Below, in pieces: positions 47,268-56,425 of a stretch of 64,000 nt of DNA. The notes beneath the pieces are model-generated. The model was given only the letters and a program-made list of their open reading frames with translations, was not told the origin of the DNA and made no database searches. The position numbers were made by a program, and so were the translations under genes. Each line of letters starts with the position of its first letter. Position 1 is the first letter of the stretch. This DNA is from an uncultured Gemmatimonadales bacterium (GTDB lineage Bacteria; Gemmatimonadota; Gemmatimonadetes; Gemmatimonadales; JACORV01): the NCBI GenBank assembly GCA_963835535.1, contig CAWIFL010000003.1, positions 162,432-226,431 on the forward strand. Direction: 5' to 3'.

Positions 47268-47699
47268 TTACGCGCCGGACTCGTCGTCCTTCGAGACCTG
47301 ACGGGCACCGCGCCGCGATTCGCGGGCGTCGGCCAGCCGCTTCTCGAGTTCCTCGCGCGCGGTCAGCGCCGCGCCCCGGCCGGCCTCGACGACGTCGTGC
47401 GCCACCTGCCGGCCCTCGTGCACGCGCTGCTTCGCGCTATCGAGCCCCGCCTCCACCCGGGCGCGGGCCTTCTCGTACCCGCCGGCCACGAGATTCTCCA
47501 GCTCCTCGGCCTTCTCGGCAGCCATATCCTTCAGCTGCCTGCTGCGGCTCCGGATGTTCGCCCGCATCTCCTCGCCCGACATCGGCGCGAGCAGCAGCGC
47601 CAGAGCCGCCCCGATGGTCAGCCCCCACAGGAAGGGCACCACCGGCGAGCCGCGCTTCTCCACCACCACCACGTCGTCGTCTTCGCTGTGCCTCGCCAT
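47268..47699 (-). CDS. YtxH-like membrane-anchored protein
   Basis: Internal start MARHSEDDD. TM followed by LLLAPMSGEEMRANI, the YtxH signature, then a long helical tail. Confidence 0.6.
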   Translation of the reverse strand: MARHSEDDDVVVVEKRGSPVVPFLWGLTIGAALALLLAPMSGEEMRANIRSRSRQLKDMAAEKAEELENLVAGGYEKARARVEAGLDSAKQRVHEGRQVAHDVVEAGRGAALTAREELEKRLADARESRRGARQVSKDDESGA

Positions 47700-47713
47700 C
47701 GTCTCCCCCTCGC

Positions 47714-49135
47714 CTATTCCCCGGCTTCCGCGTCGTCCGGCGCCGCCGCCATGGCGGCGGCCGGCTCGGCGCGGCGCAGCACCGGGGCCTTCACGTAATG
47801 CGCGACCATCTCCGCGCTGTGGCTCACCTTGAGCGCCTCGAACAGGAACGAGAACTGGTCCTCGAGCGCCTCGCCCAGCGCCCCGCGCACCGCCTCCGGC
47901 AGGCTCCACCAGTCCTTCTTGAACGGGCCGAGGGCCTTCTTGCGCGTCTTGTAGAAGAACTGCTCGTCCGTCTCCCCCGCCTTGCGCTCACCGGCGGCGT
48001 TGGCGCGCAGCCAGTCGTAGATCTTCGCCTTGAACGCGGCCGGCGTCGCCTCGTGGTCGAACAGGAGCGACTGAAAGGCGGTGGCCAGGTGGATCTCCGC
48101 CGCCTCGACCTCCGGGAAGCGGACGAAGGCCTCGGCCGGCAGCGTCGAGGCGCCGTGCTGCACCGCGCCCGCCATACCGTACTTCTTCCGCGCGTCCTCG
48201 GACAGCTTCTTCAGGACGTCGAGGTCGAGCTTCACCTCGGCGATCGAGCCGTCCGGCAGGACGACGCCGCCGTGGCTCGTCCCGGTCTGCACGCTGATCT
48301 TCGAGACCCCGACGAGCTTCGCGCCGCGGGCCATCAGCGCGCGGACGTAACCGTCCATGAAGACGTGCTGGTCCTCGATCGTGCTGTTCTTCCCGCCGAC
48401 CTCGCCGATCTCGGCGCCGACCGAGATCGTGATGCCCTTGGGCTCCTCGGCGCGGATCACCTCGGTCAGCTCGGCCGCGCGCTCGTAGTTCACCTTCTGC
48501 TGTGCGTCGAGCGTCGGCCGCTCGAGGTCCACCAGCGTCGAGGTGTCGATGTCGATGTTGTAGAACCCGGCGGCGACGGCCTCCTTGATCAACACCTTGA
48601 TCGCGCTGATCTCGCCCTCCGGATCGGTCGCGTACTTCTTGGCGTTGGCCTGGAAGTGGTCGCCCTGGACGAACAGCGGGCCGCGGAAGCCTTCGCGCAA
48701 CGCCGCCGCGATGAGTACGGCCACGTACTCGGCCGGCCGCTGGTCGGTGTAGGCCATCTCGGAGCGCGCGATCTCGACGAGGAAGGCGCCGGCCTCGCGC
48801 TTCACGGCGGCGCGGAACAGCGCCCGCGCCGAATCGTAGGCCATGCCCCGGATGTTGATCGCGGGCACGGTGAAGCCGTGGACCTGCCCCTTGCCCCGCG
48901 CCATGTAGAGGTCGTGGATCGAGGCCGGCCGCACGCCGACCACCTGCCCGATCTCCCACAGCACCCAGCGCGCCGCGTCCCGCCACGTCGCGTCGCCGAA
49001 TACGGCGGTGTCGGCGAGCTGATCGGTCGCCTTGTCCGCGAGCGCGGCGGGTCTCGGGACGGCGACGGCGCCACCCGTGTCCACCGTCACCGCGCCGCCG
49101 AAGGGCCTCACGAGCTTGTTCACGATCTCCTGCAT
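47714..49135 (-). CDS. class II (ketose-bisphosphate) aldolase, long form
   Basis: FTVPAINIRGM, LFVQGDHF, QTGTSHGG and AVQHGAST metal/substrate motifs. Confidence 0.8.
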   Translation of the reverse strand: MQEIVNKLVRPFGGAVTVDTGGAVAVPRPAALADKATDQLADTAVFGDATWRDAARWVLWEIGQVVGVRPASIHDLYMARGKGQVHGFTVPAINIRGMAYDSARALFRAAVKREAGAFLVEIARSEMAYTDQRPAEYVAVLIAAALREGFRGPLFVQGDHFQANAKKYATDPEGEISAIKVLIKEAVAAGFYNIDIDTSTLVDLERPTLDAQQKVNYERAAELTEVIRAEEPKGITISVGAEIGEVGGKNSTIEDQHVFMDGYVRALMARGAKLVGVSKISVQTGTSHGGVVLPDGSIAEVKLDLDVLKKLSEDARKKYGMAGAVQHGASTLPAEAFVRFPEVEAAEIHLATAFQSLLFDHEATPAAFKAKIYDWLRANAAGERKAGETDEQFFYKTRKKALGPFKKDWWSLPEAVRGALGEALEDQFSFLFEALKVSHSAEMVAHYVKAPVLRRAEPAAAMAAAPDDAEAGE

Positions 49136-49377
49136 GACTGCTCCCGACTGCGAGTGTTCCTGGGGAATGTAGGGGTCCGCGCAGAGGGCGTCAAAACAAC
49201 CCGCGACAACGAGGTACGATATTCAACACGAAGCGCGGCGTTACGTTGGGGCGGGCCGGAGCGTCCTGGGAGGTGCACCCTTCCCACCCCTCGGTCTGAG
49301 GCGCCGCTAGCCGAGACGATAAGGGCCGGGGCTCTTACGGCGCGCCTCGGCGCCACGTAGTTTCCCACGTCAAAGCC

Positions 49378-50910
49378 ATGTACACACAAGCAAGGGCGCA
49401 CCCTACCTTGGCTCCATCCGTGCCCAAGTCTCCGACGGGCATTCAGGGGCTGGACGAGATCACCGGTGGCGGGCTGCCGCGCGGCCGGCCGACGCTCATC
49501 TGCGGTGGCCCCGGGTGCGGCAAGACCATTCTCTCGATGGAGTTCCTGATCAACGGGGCGCGTCAGTTCGGCGAAACGGGCGTGTTCCTGTCGTTCGAGG
49601 AGACCGTCGAAGATCTGACGCAGAACTTCGCCTCGCTCGGGTTCGATCTGCGCCCTCTCTCGGCCCGAAAGAAGCTCTCGTTGGACTACGTCCGGGTCAT
49701 GCCCAGCGAGATCCAGGAGACCGGCGAGTACGACCTGGACGGCCTCTTCATCCGCCTGGGGCACGCGATCGATTCCATCGGCGCCAAGCGCGTGGTCCTC
49801 GACACCATCGAGACGCTCTTTTCCGGACTCTCCGATACCCGCCTGCTGCGCGCGGAGCTGCGCCGGCTCTTCGACTGGCTCAAGACCAGGGGCGTCACCG
49901 CCATCGTGACCGGGGAACGCGGCGAGGGCAAGATGACTCGCCACGGTCTGGAGGAGTACATCACCGACTGTGTCATCCTGCTGGATCACCGGGTCGTGGA
50001 CCAGAACGCGACCCGGCGGCTCCGTGTCGTGAAGTTCCGGGGCTCGACCCACGGGGCCAACGAGTCGCCGTTCTTCATCGACGAGACGGGCATCTCGGTG
50101 CTCCCGATCGCCTCCCTGGGATTGCAGCACCGGGTCCCGCCCGGCCGCGTCTCGACGGGTGTGCCGGATCTCGACGGCATGCTGGGGGGCAAGGGCTACC
50201 ACCGGGGCAGCAGCATCCTGGTGTCCGGCAGCGCGGGCACCGGAAAGACCAGCCTGGGGGGCTACTTCGCAGACGCCGCCTGCCGCCGGGGCGAGTCCGC
50301 CCTCTACTTCGCGTTCGAAGAGTCGGCCGCCCAGATCGTGCGCAACCTGCGGTCGATCGGCCTCGATCTCGAGCCGTCGCTACGAAAGCGACTGCTCCAG
50401 GTCCACGCGGCACGCCCCACGACGAGCGGTCTGGAAGGGCACCTCAGCACAATGCACCGGCTGATCGAGGAACAGCGGCCGCGGGTGGTGATTGTCGACC
50501 CGATCAGCAACTTGATCTCGGTGGGTACGTCGGTCGAAGTCAAGGCCATGCTCGCGCGCCTGATCGATTTCATGAAGGTTCGACAGATGACCGCCTTGTT
50601 CACGTCGCTGACCATCGACGAAGGCCATCCTGAAGGAACCGACCTCGGCATTTCCTCGTTCATGGACACGTGGCTGGTGCTCCGGAACATCGAAATGAAC
50701 GGGGAGCGGACCCGCACGCTCAGTGTGCTGAAATCGCGGGGCATGCCGCACTCGAATCAGGTGCGGGAGTTCGTCCTGACCAGCGGTGGCCTGAAACTGC
50801 TCGAGGTAGTGCGGCATCAGGGCCGCGTGCTGGTCGGGTCGGAGCGGGAGGCCCAGGGCGGCCGCGCCGTCGCGGCACGACGCGCGGCGAGGCGCGAATC
50901 GCGTCGATGA
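49378..50910 (+). CDS. kaiC: KaiC circadian-clock-type double-domain ATPase
   Basis: Two RecA-like halves. [14 protein letters not shown] plus Walker A GGPGCGKT plus SFEE; then [14 protein letters not shown] plus Walker A GSAGTGKT plus AFEES. The Ser-Ser pair in GISSFMDTW aligns with the cyanobacterial S431/T432 site. Confidence 0.9.
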   Translation: MYTQARAHPTLAPSVPKSPTGIQGLDEITGGGLPRGRPTLICGGPGCGKTILSMEFLINGARQFGETGVFLSFEETVEDLTQNFASLGFDLRPLSARKKLSLDYVRVMPSEIQETGEYDLDGLFIRLGHAIDSIGAKRVVLDTIETLFSGLSDTRLLRAELRRLFDWLKTRGVTAIVTGERGEGKMTRHGLEEYITDCVILLDHRVVDQNATRRLRVVKFRGSTHGANESPFFIDETGISVLPIASLGLQHRVPPGRVSTGVPDLDGMLGGKGYHRGSSILVSGSAGTGKTSLGGYFADAACRRGESALYFAFEESAAQIVRNLRSIGLDLEPSLRKRLLQVHAARPTTSGLEGHLSTMHRLIEEQRPRVVIVDPISNLISVGTSVEVKAMLARLIDFMKVRQMTALFTSLTIDEGHPEGTDLGISSFMDTWLVLRNIEMNGERTRTLSVLKSRGMPHSNQVREFVLTSGGLKLLEVVRHQGRVLVGSEREAQGGRAVAARRAARRESRR

Positions 50911-51251
50911 GCGCGAAGCCGGCACGGCAGTCGCGCAGGCCCCGCAAGATCCAGGCGACGGCGGACTTCTACGATCTCCGGCTCTACGTCGCGGGTCAGA
51001 CCGCGAGGTCGCTGGCCGCCATGGCGAACCTCGTGAAGCTCTGCGACGAACATCTGGAGGGGCGATACCGCATCGAGGTGATCGATCTCCTCGAGCGTCC
51101 GCAATTGGCCCGGGGCGACCAGATCGTCGCTCTCCCGACCCTGGTCCGCAAGCTCCCCAAGCCGATCCGCAAGCTGGTCGGGGATCTCTCCAACACCGAG
51201 CGCGCCCTGGTCGGGCTGGACCTGCGCCCGAGAGCCCCAGGCAAGACGTAA
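50907..51251 (+). CDS. kaiB: KaiB
   Basis: Start MSAKPARQ at 50907 (ATGA overlap with the kaiC stop). LRLYVAG.T..S..A..NL...C......G.Y.IEVIDL...P.LA....I.A.PTLV is the KaiB thioredoxin-like signature. Confidence 0.85.
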   Translation: MSAKPARQSRRPRKIQATADFYDLRLYVAGQTARSLAAMANLVKLCDEHLEGRYRIEVIDLLERPQLARGDQIVALPTLVRKLPKPIRKLVGDLSNTERALVGLDLRPRAPGKT

Positions 51252-51270
51252 AGGCCGGCCAGGGACGGCG

Positions 51271-52542
51271 GTGAGACGCAAGCGCACGTCGGGCCGACGC
51301 CGGAGCCCGGTCCCGGGACTCCGGGCACGGCTGTCCGAGGCTGAAGCGACCCTGGAGGCCATCCGCACCGGTGCGGTAGACGCGGTGATCGTGTCGGGCC
51401 CCGAGGGCGAGCAGACGCGGGCCATCGAGGGCGCAACCCATCCATACCACGTGCTGCTGAACGCCATGAACGACGGCGCCGCGCTGCTGGCCCCCGACGG
51501 GAGAATCCTCTTCGGCAACCGCCGCCTCGGCGAAATCGCCCGGGCGCCGCTCGAGCGCCTGCGTGGTTGCCCGCTCCAGCAACTCTTTGCACGAGCGGAG
51601 CGAGCGCGCGTCGACGAGTTCCTGCGAGAAGGCGGGCAGAACCGCGCCCGGGAATTCACCATGCTCGATGGACAAGCGTCCGCGACGCCCGTCGGGATCG
51701 CGCTCTCCGAGATCCCGCTCGAGATCCAGCCGGGAGCGACCGGGGCGGAGGCATGGAGCGGCGCCGCCGTCTTGATGGCCATCATCACGGACCTGACCGA
51801 GCGGAAGCGGGCCGAGGCCACGCGCCTGGAGCTGATGAAGCGCCTGATCTCGGCGGAAGACGAGGAGCGCCGGCGCTTCGCTCGGGAGCTGCACGACGAG
51901 ACCGGGCAGTCGCTCACCGCCCTGCTGGTCGGGCTTCGCGCCATCGAGGAGCGGGCGGTCACGCTGGACGTACATACGGCGGCGCAGCAGCTGCGGAGTG
52001 TCGCTGCACGGACCGTGGACGACGTCGGACGCCTGGCCCGCGGCCTGCATCCCAGCGTCCTGGATGACCTGGGACTGGCGGCGGCCGCGCGGCGGCACGT
52101 GAACGACTTCACGAAGTCGTTCGGTGTCGCCGTCGACCTGCGGGTGGATGGCATCCTCTCGCTCCGCCTGTCGCCGCTGGTGCAGACGACGATGTATCGG
52201 ATCCTGCAAGAGGCGCTGACCAACGTGGCGCGGCACGCACGGGCTCGGCTGGTGGATGTGGAGCTCACGTACGAGGGGGGCGCCCTCGAACTCGCGGTTC
52301 GAGACGATGGTGTCGGTTTCGACGCGGGTGAGACAGTCCACAATGCGTCGGGACTTGGCCTGCACGGCATGCGGGAGCGGGTCGCCCTGCTGGAGGGAGC
52401 CGTCGAGATCGAGTCGAGCCCGGGACGTGGGACCGTCGTGCGCGCGCGCATCCCCGGCGCCATCGCCCCCCCCCCCCCCGACGAACCCAGCGCCGGTAGC
52501 GGCGTGAGCGCACCAGGTAGGAACCGCAACCGTGCCCATTAG
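51271..52542 (+). CDS. PAS-domain sensor histidine kinase (HisKA_3 type)
   Basis: PAS (LLNAMNDGAALLAPDGRILFGNRRL). H-box ISAEDEERRRFARELHDETGQSL. HATPase (LTNVARHA, DDGVGF, GLGLHGMRER). Confidence 0.85.
   Translation: MRRKRTSGRRRSPVPGLRARLSEAEATLEAIRTGAVDAVIVSGPEGEQTRAIEGATHPYHVLLNAMNDGAALLAPDGRILFGNRRLGEIARAPLERLRGCPLQQLFARAERARVDEFLREGGQNRAREFTMLDGQASATPVGIALSEIPLEIQPGATGAEAWSGAAVLMAIITDLTERKRAEATRLELMKRLISAEDEERRRFARELHDETGQSLTALLVGLRAIEERAVTLDVHTAAQQLRSVAARTVDDVGRLARGLHPSVLDDLGLAAAARRHVNDFTKSFGVAVDLRVDGILSLRLSPLVQTTMYRILQEALTNVARHARARLVDVELTYEGGALELAVRDDGVGFDAGETVHNASGLGLHGMRERVALLEGAVEIESSPGRGTVVRARIPGAIAPPPPDEPSAGSGVSAPGRNRNRAH
52466..52479 (+). repeat. C14 homopolymer tract
   Basis: 14 consecutive C (encoding PPPP) 63 nt before the kinase stop and 53 nt before the overlapping regulator start. 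Confidence 0.95.
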
Positions 52543-53209
52543 AGTACTGATCGCGGACGACCACGCCATCCTGCGGGCCGGACTTCGCATGTTGCTCGAG
52601 GCGCAGACGGACATCGAGGTTGCGGGCGAAGCGGGCGACGGAACGGAGGTCTCCCGGAAGGCCCGCGAGCTGCGACCCGACGTCGTCCTGATGGACCTCT
52701 CGATGCCGGGGCCACCCAGCGGCGAGGTCATCCGTCAGGTCCTGCGAGCGTGTCCGACAACTCGAGTCCTGGTCCTCACGATGCACGATGATCCGGCGTA
52801 TCTCACCGCGGCGATGTCGGCGGGGGCCGCAGGATATGTAGTAAAGAAGGCGGCCGATGCGGAGCTGCTGTTGGGTATCCGGGCCGTCCAGGCCGGGCGG
52901 ACGTTCGTGGACTTTACGCGCGGCGCCGGCCTGCCCCCGAACGCAGCCCCCCGAACCTCCGCCGTGCGGCGGCACGCGCCGAAGGACCTGAGCCGCCGAG
53001 AGCGCGAAGTGCTCGTGCTGCTGGCGCAGGGGCACTCCAATCAGCAGATCGCCGATCGCCTGCGCGTGGGCGTGAAGACGGTGGAGACCTACCGCACCAG
53101 ACTCCGGGAGAAGCTCGGGCTCAAGGGGCGCTCGGAGCTCTATCGCTTCGCCATCGAATCCGGAATCCTCGGCGTCGCTTCCGGCGCACCACCCGACGCC
53201 CGGGACTAG
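52532..53209 (+). CDS. NarL/FixJ-family response regulator
   Basis: REC (IRVLIADDHAILR...DVVLMDLSMPG) plus LuxR HTH (LSRREREVLVLLAQGHSNQQIADRLRVGVKTVETY). Overlaps the kinase stop by 11 nt. Confidence 0.9.
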   Translation: MPIRVLIADDHAILRAGLRMLLEAQTDIEVAGEAGDGTEVSRKARELRPDVVLMDLSMPGPPSGEVIRQVLRACPTTRVLVLTMHDDPAYLTAAMSAGAAGYVVKKAADAELLLGIRAVQAGRTFVDFTRGAGLPPNAAPRTSAVRRHAPKDLSRREREVLVLLAQGHSNQQIADRLRVGVKTVETYRTRLREKLGLKGRSELYRFAIESGILGVASGAPPDARD

Positions 53210-53340
53210 CCCACCCTGTTGTCGGGTCCAACCCCGACATTCCGTGCTGACCCAAGGGATTTTCCCGCTACCGATGGCGCTCCGCCGCGCCCATCCTTGT
53301 CGTGGGGTAAACCACGACATCGGCATCGACAGCGCGGGGA

Positions 53341-54054
53341 GTGGGGATGATCGAGGGGCGACCGGTCACTGCAGCAGGCGTAATCTCCGTAGCCCTCATC
53401 GAGGACAATCGCCTGGTGCGCGAAGGGATTGCCGCCCTCCTCAATCAGCTGCCGGACCTGAAGGTCGTCGCCGGGGAGTCGGGCGACGACACGTCGGTGC
53501 TGCGGAAGGCGAACCCTCACGTGGTCCTCCTGGACCTCGGCTTGCGGAACGGCGACAGCCTGCGCGTGGCGGAGAAGGTCAAGAAGGAGTTGCCGGCGTC
53601 CAAGGTCATCGTGATGGATCTCCTCCCCGTGCACGAGGACATCGTGGAATTCGTCAACGCGGGCGTGTCCGGTTTCATCATGAAGGACGCCACCCTCGAC
53701 GAACTCGTGAGCGCGATCCGATCGGTGGCGCAGGGAGGCCACGTCCTGCCGCCCCAGATGACCGGCACGCTCTTCTCCCAGATCGCGCGGGACGCGGTCG
53801 CCCGCGGCCGGCCGGAGGCGCTCGACTCCGTACGGATGACGCCGCGGGAACGAGAGGTGATCAACCTGATCGCGGAAGGGTTGAGCAACAAGGAAATCGC
53901 CGGACGGCTCAACCTCGCGACCCACACGGTCAAGAGCCACGTGCGCAACGTGATGGAAAAGCTGACGCTGCACACCCGGCTGCAGATCGCCGCTTATGCG
54001 CACAATGACGGCCGGGAGAGCCCCTCCGGCGGAAGCCCGAGGTCCGGCGACTGA
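53341..54054 (+). CDS. NarL/FixJ-family response regulator (second copy)
   Basis: REC (VALIEDNRLVREG...HVVLLDLGLRNGDS) plus LuxR HTH (MTPREREVINLIAEGLSNKEIAGRLNLATHTVKSH). Confidence 0.85.
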   Translation: MGMIEGRPVTAAGVISVALIEDNRLVREGIAALLNQLPDLKVVAGESGDDTSVLRKANPHVVLLDLGLRNGDSLRVAEKVKKELPASKVIVMDLLPVHEDIVEFVNAGVSGFIMKDATLDELVSAIRSVAQGGHVLPPQMTGTLFSQIARDAVARGRPEALDSVRMTPREREVINLIAEGLSNKEIAGRLNLATHTVKSHVRNVMEKLTLHTRLQIAAYAHNDGRESPSGGSPRSGD

Positions 54055-54073
54055 CGCGGCCCCCAGGCCGATT

Positions 54074-54095
54074 CTGAGGCGCCGCAGCGCCTCAG
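54074..54095 (+). terminator. hairpin after the second regulator
   Basis: CTGAGGCGC-CGCA-GCGCCTCAG, a perfect 9-bp stem with no U tract. Confidence 0.35.
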
Positions 54096-54263
54096 ACCCG
54101 CAGTACCTCCAAGGCATTACGTCGTAAGCGGTAGTTCCCCTCTCATCCCTTTTTCACCCGTTCGCGCGATACCTGCCGCACGCCCTCAGGCCTAGCTTCA
54201 CGCTGTTCCTCGCCGATCTCGATCGACCGCGGCCTGGCACGCCGTCTTCGTCCTTCAGCAAAG

Positions 54264-56321
54264 GTGGGTACAATGTCAGCTCTCCGCCGACTCGCGGCGC
54301 GACTCGTCTGGATGGTCCCTTTCGCCGCTCTGATCTCCGCGGCGTGCGAGCACAGCCCCACAGGGAATTTTCCTGTGGCGACAATCGTCGTCACAGAGCG
54401 CACAGAGACCCTGGTAATCGGCACGAGCGTGCAATTCACCGCTACCGGCTATGACGCCAACAATTCGGTGGTGGGCATCAGCCCGACCTGGTCGACCGCC
54501 GGCGGTGGCGGAACGTCCATCACCCAAGCGGGCGTGTTTACCGCAGGCACGACGCCCGTGACGAATACGGTGACGGCGACCGCGGGCGGCGTTTCGGGCA
54601 CCGCGACGGCGATCGTCATCGCCGGTGCGGCGGCGAGCATCACCGTCACACCAAACCCGCAGACAGTCGCGATCAACGGCACGCAGCAGTTCACCGCCGT
54701 GATCAAGGACGCTTCCAGCAACATCCTTGCGATCACGCCCAACTGGTCCACAGCGGCGGGCGGCGGAACCATCAGCGGCACGGGCCTGTTCACCGCGGGC
54801 ACGGCGGCGGGGACGTACACCAATACGGTCACCGCGAGCGTCGGCAGCCTCAACGGCACCGCGACCGTGACCGTATCCACCTCGGCTCTGGCGAGCATCA
54901 CCGTCACGCCAAGCCCGCAGGTCCTCGCCATCAACGGCACCCAGCAGTTCACCGCCGTGGGCAAGGACGGCAGCGGTAATGTCGTCGCAATCACGCCGAC
55001 GTGGTCGGTCGTGGCGAGCGGCGGAGCCATCAGCGCCGCCGGTCTGTTCACGGCCGGCACCGTGTCCGGCCCGTTCGTCAGTACGGTCAGGGCGTGCAGC
55101 ACCGCGCTCTGCGCCGCCGGCAGCGTCTCCGGCTTCGCCACCGTCACGGTGACCCCGGGTGTCCTGGCGACCATCACCGTCACGCCGCCCAACCAGAGCG
55201 TGGGGACCAGCGCCAGCCAGCAGTACACCGCCGTCGGCACTGACGCGCATAACAACATCATTCCGATCGTGCCGGTGCAGACCTGGTCCGTCCAGAACGG
55301 AAACGCGGGCGGAAGTGTCTCCTCCAGCTCCGGCTTCTATACTGCTCCTACGCTGGTCGGGGTCGGGTTCGACACCGTCCTGGCTACCAGCGGCGCCATC
55401 GTCGGCAAGGTGCGGGTCAACGTGACCGCGTCGGGCGGGCTGGTGTCCATCGCCGTCACACCCAACCCGACCAGCCTCGGAGAGGGCGGGACGCAGCAGT
55501 TCACGGCGACGGGCTTTGACGCCACCGGCCTCATCGTTCCCATCCCCGCAGGGCTCGTCTGGTCGGTCGTGCCAAGCATGACAGCAGCCGGCACCATCGA
55601 CGGTAGCCTGGGCCTGTTCACCGCGGGTTCGGCGGTCGGGACGTACACCAATGCCGTCAAGGCACTGAGCGGCAGCATTTCGGGCTTCGCCACGGTCGTG
55701 GTCACCGCAGGTCCGCTCGTGCCTCTCGGCGCAGCGGCCCCGAACGGGATCATGGCGGGCCAGGCCGTCACCTGCATCACGGGCGGCCTCATCAGCGCCG
55801 ACGTCAGCATCAGCCCGGGAAACACGATCACGGGCTTCGGTCCCTGCGTGATCACGGGCGTGCAGCATCTGGCCGACGCCGTGGCGTTGAATGGACAGAA
55901 TGACCTCACGACCGCCTACAACACGCTGTTTGCCCTGCCCTGCCCGCCGGCGAATGCCATCGTGGCCGACCTGGGCGGAACGACCAAGCCGGCAGGTGTC
56001 TACTGCACCGCGAGCGGAATCGGCGTGACGGGCACGCTGACGCTGGATGGCGGTGGGGATCCGAATGCGAACTTCGTCTTCCAGGCCGGTACCTCGATCG
56101 TCACGGCCGGTAACGTCGTCCTGATCAATGGGGCGCAGGCCAAGAACGTGTACTGGTTGTCTGGCAGTTCGGTCACGCTCGGCACGGCCTCGCAGTGGAA
56201 GGGCAACATCGTCGCCCTGACCAGCATCACGCTGGTGGACAACGCCACGCTGTTGGGACGCGCCCTGGCGCGGAACGGCTCCGTGTCGCTGGGAACCGGC
56301 AACACGATCACCCTGCCGTAG
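54264..56321 (+). CDS. surface protein: five Big_2 Ig-like repeats + C-terminal DUF3494 (ice-binding-like) domain
   Basis: Signal peptide. Repeats of type ITVTPNPQTVAINGTQQFTAV...W(S/T)....GGTIS..GLFTAG. The C-terminus (NDLTTAYN...DLGGTTKPAGVYC...LTLDGGGDPNANFVFQAGTSIVT...NGAQAKNVYWLSGSSVTLG...WKGNIVALTSITL...GRALARNGSVSL) fits the DUF3494 beta-solenoid pattern. An ATG at 54273 is an alternative start. Confidence 0.75.
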   Translation: MGTMSALRRLAARLVWMVPFAALISAACEHSPTGNFPVATIVVTERTETLVIGTSVQFTATGYDANNSVVGISPTWSTAGGGGTSITQAGVFTAGTTPVTNTVTATAGGVSGTATAIVIAGAAASITVTPNPQTVAINGTQQFTAVIKDASSNILAITPNWSTAAGGGTISGTGLFTAGTAAGTYTNTVTASVGSLNGTATVTVSTSALASITVTPSPQVLAINGTQQFTAVGKDGSGNVVAITPTWSVVASGGAISAAGLFTAGTVSGPFVSTVRACSTALCAAGSVSGFATVTVTPGVLATITVTPPNQSVGTSASQQYTAVGTDAHNNIIPIVPVQTWSVQNGNAGGSVSSSSGFYTAPTLVGVGFDTVLATSGAIVGKVRVNVTASGGLVSIAVTPNPTSLGEGGTQQFTATGFDATGLIVPIPAGLVWSVVPSMTAAGTIDGSLGLFTAGSAVGTYTNAVKALSGSISGFATVVVTAGPLVPLGAAAPNGIMAGQAVTCITGGLISADVSISPGNTITGFGPCVITGVQHLADAVALNGQNDLTTAYNTLFALPCPPANAIVADLGGTTKPAGVYCTASGIGVTGTLTLDGGGDPNANFVFQAGTSIVTAGNVVLINGAQAKNVYWLSGSSVTLGTASQWKGNIVALTSITLVDNATLLGRALARNGSVSLGTGNTITLP

Positions 56322-56425
56322 GCAAGTACGGCTCGAGGGCTCGCGCGGGAGCCGGAGACCAGTCCGGTCTCCGTCTCCCGCACCGGCCGGAAGCTGTGAA
56401 CTCTTAGCGAGATTGGGGAGAGCAC

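Noticed and set aside
49136-49377. kaiA or a structured RNA in the 240-bp region upstream of kaiC
   Set aside because: No ORF of suitable size and no recognisable RNA motif were found, only GC-rich hairpins. It is most likely a divergent promoter region.
54235-54250. Second sigma-54 promoter (TGGCACGCCGTCTTCG) upstream of the Big_2/DUF3494 gene
   Set aside because: The -24 half is perfect, but the -12 element reads CTTC instead of TTGC, so this is probably a chance match.
54264-56321. Diversity-generating retroelement or phase-variable adhesin logic for the Big_2 repeats
   Set aside because: No reverse transcriptase and no template-repeat/variable-repeat pair are nearby. The Big_2 repeats are diverged at the DNA level.
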